Of a stretch of DNA of 6,307 nucleotides, positions 5,768-6,307 are shown one piece after another. The stretch is from Prasinococcaceae sp. CCMP 1430 (lineage: Eukaryota; Plantae; Prasinodermophyta). The notes under the pieces were generated by a model, which saw only the letters and a list, made by a program, of their open reading frames with translations, did not search any database and was not told where the DNA came from. Each line of letters opens with the position of its first letter. Within the stretch, counting starts at the first letter, position 1. The DNA is taken from the NCBI GenBank assembly GCA_013416795.1, contig RQSC01000024.1, positions 206,722-213,028 on the forward strand. The letters run 5' to 3'. Made by a program: the position numbers and the translations under genes.

Positions 5768-6307
5768 TCAGGGTTCAGGGCTCGGGGCCGCGGTGTCGCC
5801 AGCAGCCCCCTCATCGACTTTTCCTTCATCCTCCTCGCCCTCGCCTGCCTTCCGGCTCGCGCTCCTCGCCACGCGCGCGCTCCTGAGCTTGGACAGCTTG
5901 GCGCGCGCCACGCGCCGCGCCGCCGCGCCGTGCTCGAGCACCGCCGACAGCACGGGAATTGCGAACACCATGCCCGAGGTGACCACCAGCAGGGCGCCGA
6001 TCACCCGCCGGTCGTTCGTGCCGCCGACGGTCTCCACCTTGACCAGCAGGCCGGCGAAGAGGATGAGCGCGATCTCGACGAGCGCCGCCTGTGCGGAGCG
6101 GTCCACCGCGGCGTCCGCGAACGGGCTGAGCGCCAGGTTGGCCACGAGAAAGAAGCAGGCGACGAGAAGCCCAACGGCGATCTGGCCGCTCCCGCCGGCG
6201 TCGACGAAGACCAGCGCGCCGGTCAGCACCAGCTTGCGCAGCAGCTCCACCAGCTCCCAATACCAGCACTCGGTGTGGTAGGAGGCGAAGAGCTGGCCGC
6301 AGTGGCG
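5768..6307 (-). CDS. Multi-pass membrane protein with TRP-like C-terminal domain, 3' end only (continues beyond the window)
   Basis: The frame is open from the window edge: RHCGQLFASYHTECWYWELVELLRKLVLTGALVFV... The G-LF--Y----WYWE-VELLRKL motif is followed by about four hydrophobic helices and a basic-then-acidic tail. This pattern is typical of TRP-like (PF06011-type) C-terminal domains in algal and protist proteins. Stop TGA at 5770-5768. Confidence 0.72.
   Translation of the reverse strand, partial: RHCGQLFASYHTECWYWELVELLRKLVLTGALVFVDAGGSGQIAVGLLVACFFLVANLALSPFADAAVDRSAQAALVEIALILFAGLLVKVETVGGTNDRRVIGALLVVTSGMVFAIPVLSAVLEHGAAARRVARAKLSKLRSARVARSASRKAGEGEEDEGKVDEGAAGDTAAPSPEP

Noticed and set aside
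5766-5780. Telomere- or telo-box-like TTCAGGGTTCAGGG (also CCCTGAAA at 273-280)
   Set aside because: Only two units, mismatched to TTTAGGG, and explained by the codons for Pro-Glu-Pro-stop of the membrane gene.
218-6307. The four genes as a functional cluster or operon
   Set aside because: This is eukaryotic DNA with mixed orientation, and phosphatase, PYROXD1, NSF-like ATPase and TRP-like protein share no known pathway. Close spacing is explained by genome compaction.

Overview
Very GC-rich (roughly 70% or more by eye), gene-dense eukaryotic DNA that reads like a compact green-algal (prasinophyte-type) nuclear genome; the taxon is an inference. Four protein-coding genes are separated by spacers of only about 170-300 nt. 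(1) A + strand SixA-like histidine phosphatase (At3g52155-like family) with one GT-AG intron (741-990); its probable transit peptide is out of frame with the catalytic domain. (2) An apparently intronless PYROXD1 on the - strand. (3) An NSF/Sec18-type double-AAA+ ATPase on the - strand with intact D1 and D2 but no NSF N-domain, a presequence-like N-terminus, and no usable AUG between the upstream gene's stop codon and its own Walker A motif. (4) The 3' end of a multi-pass membrane protein with a TRP-like C-terminal domain on the - strand. No RNA genes, mobile elements or CRISPR arrays were recognised. The best lead is the N-domain-less, possibly organelle-targeted and possibly non-AUG-initiated NSF paralog.
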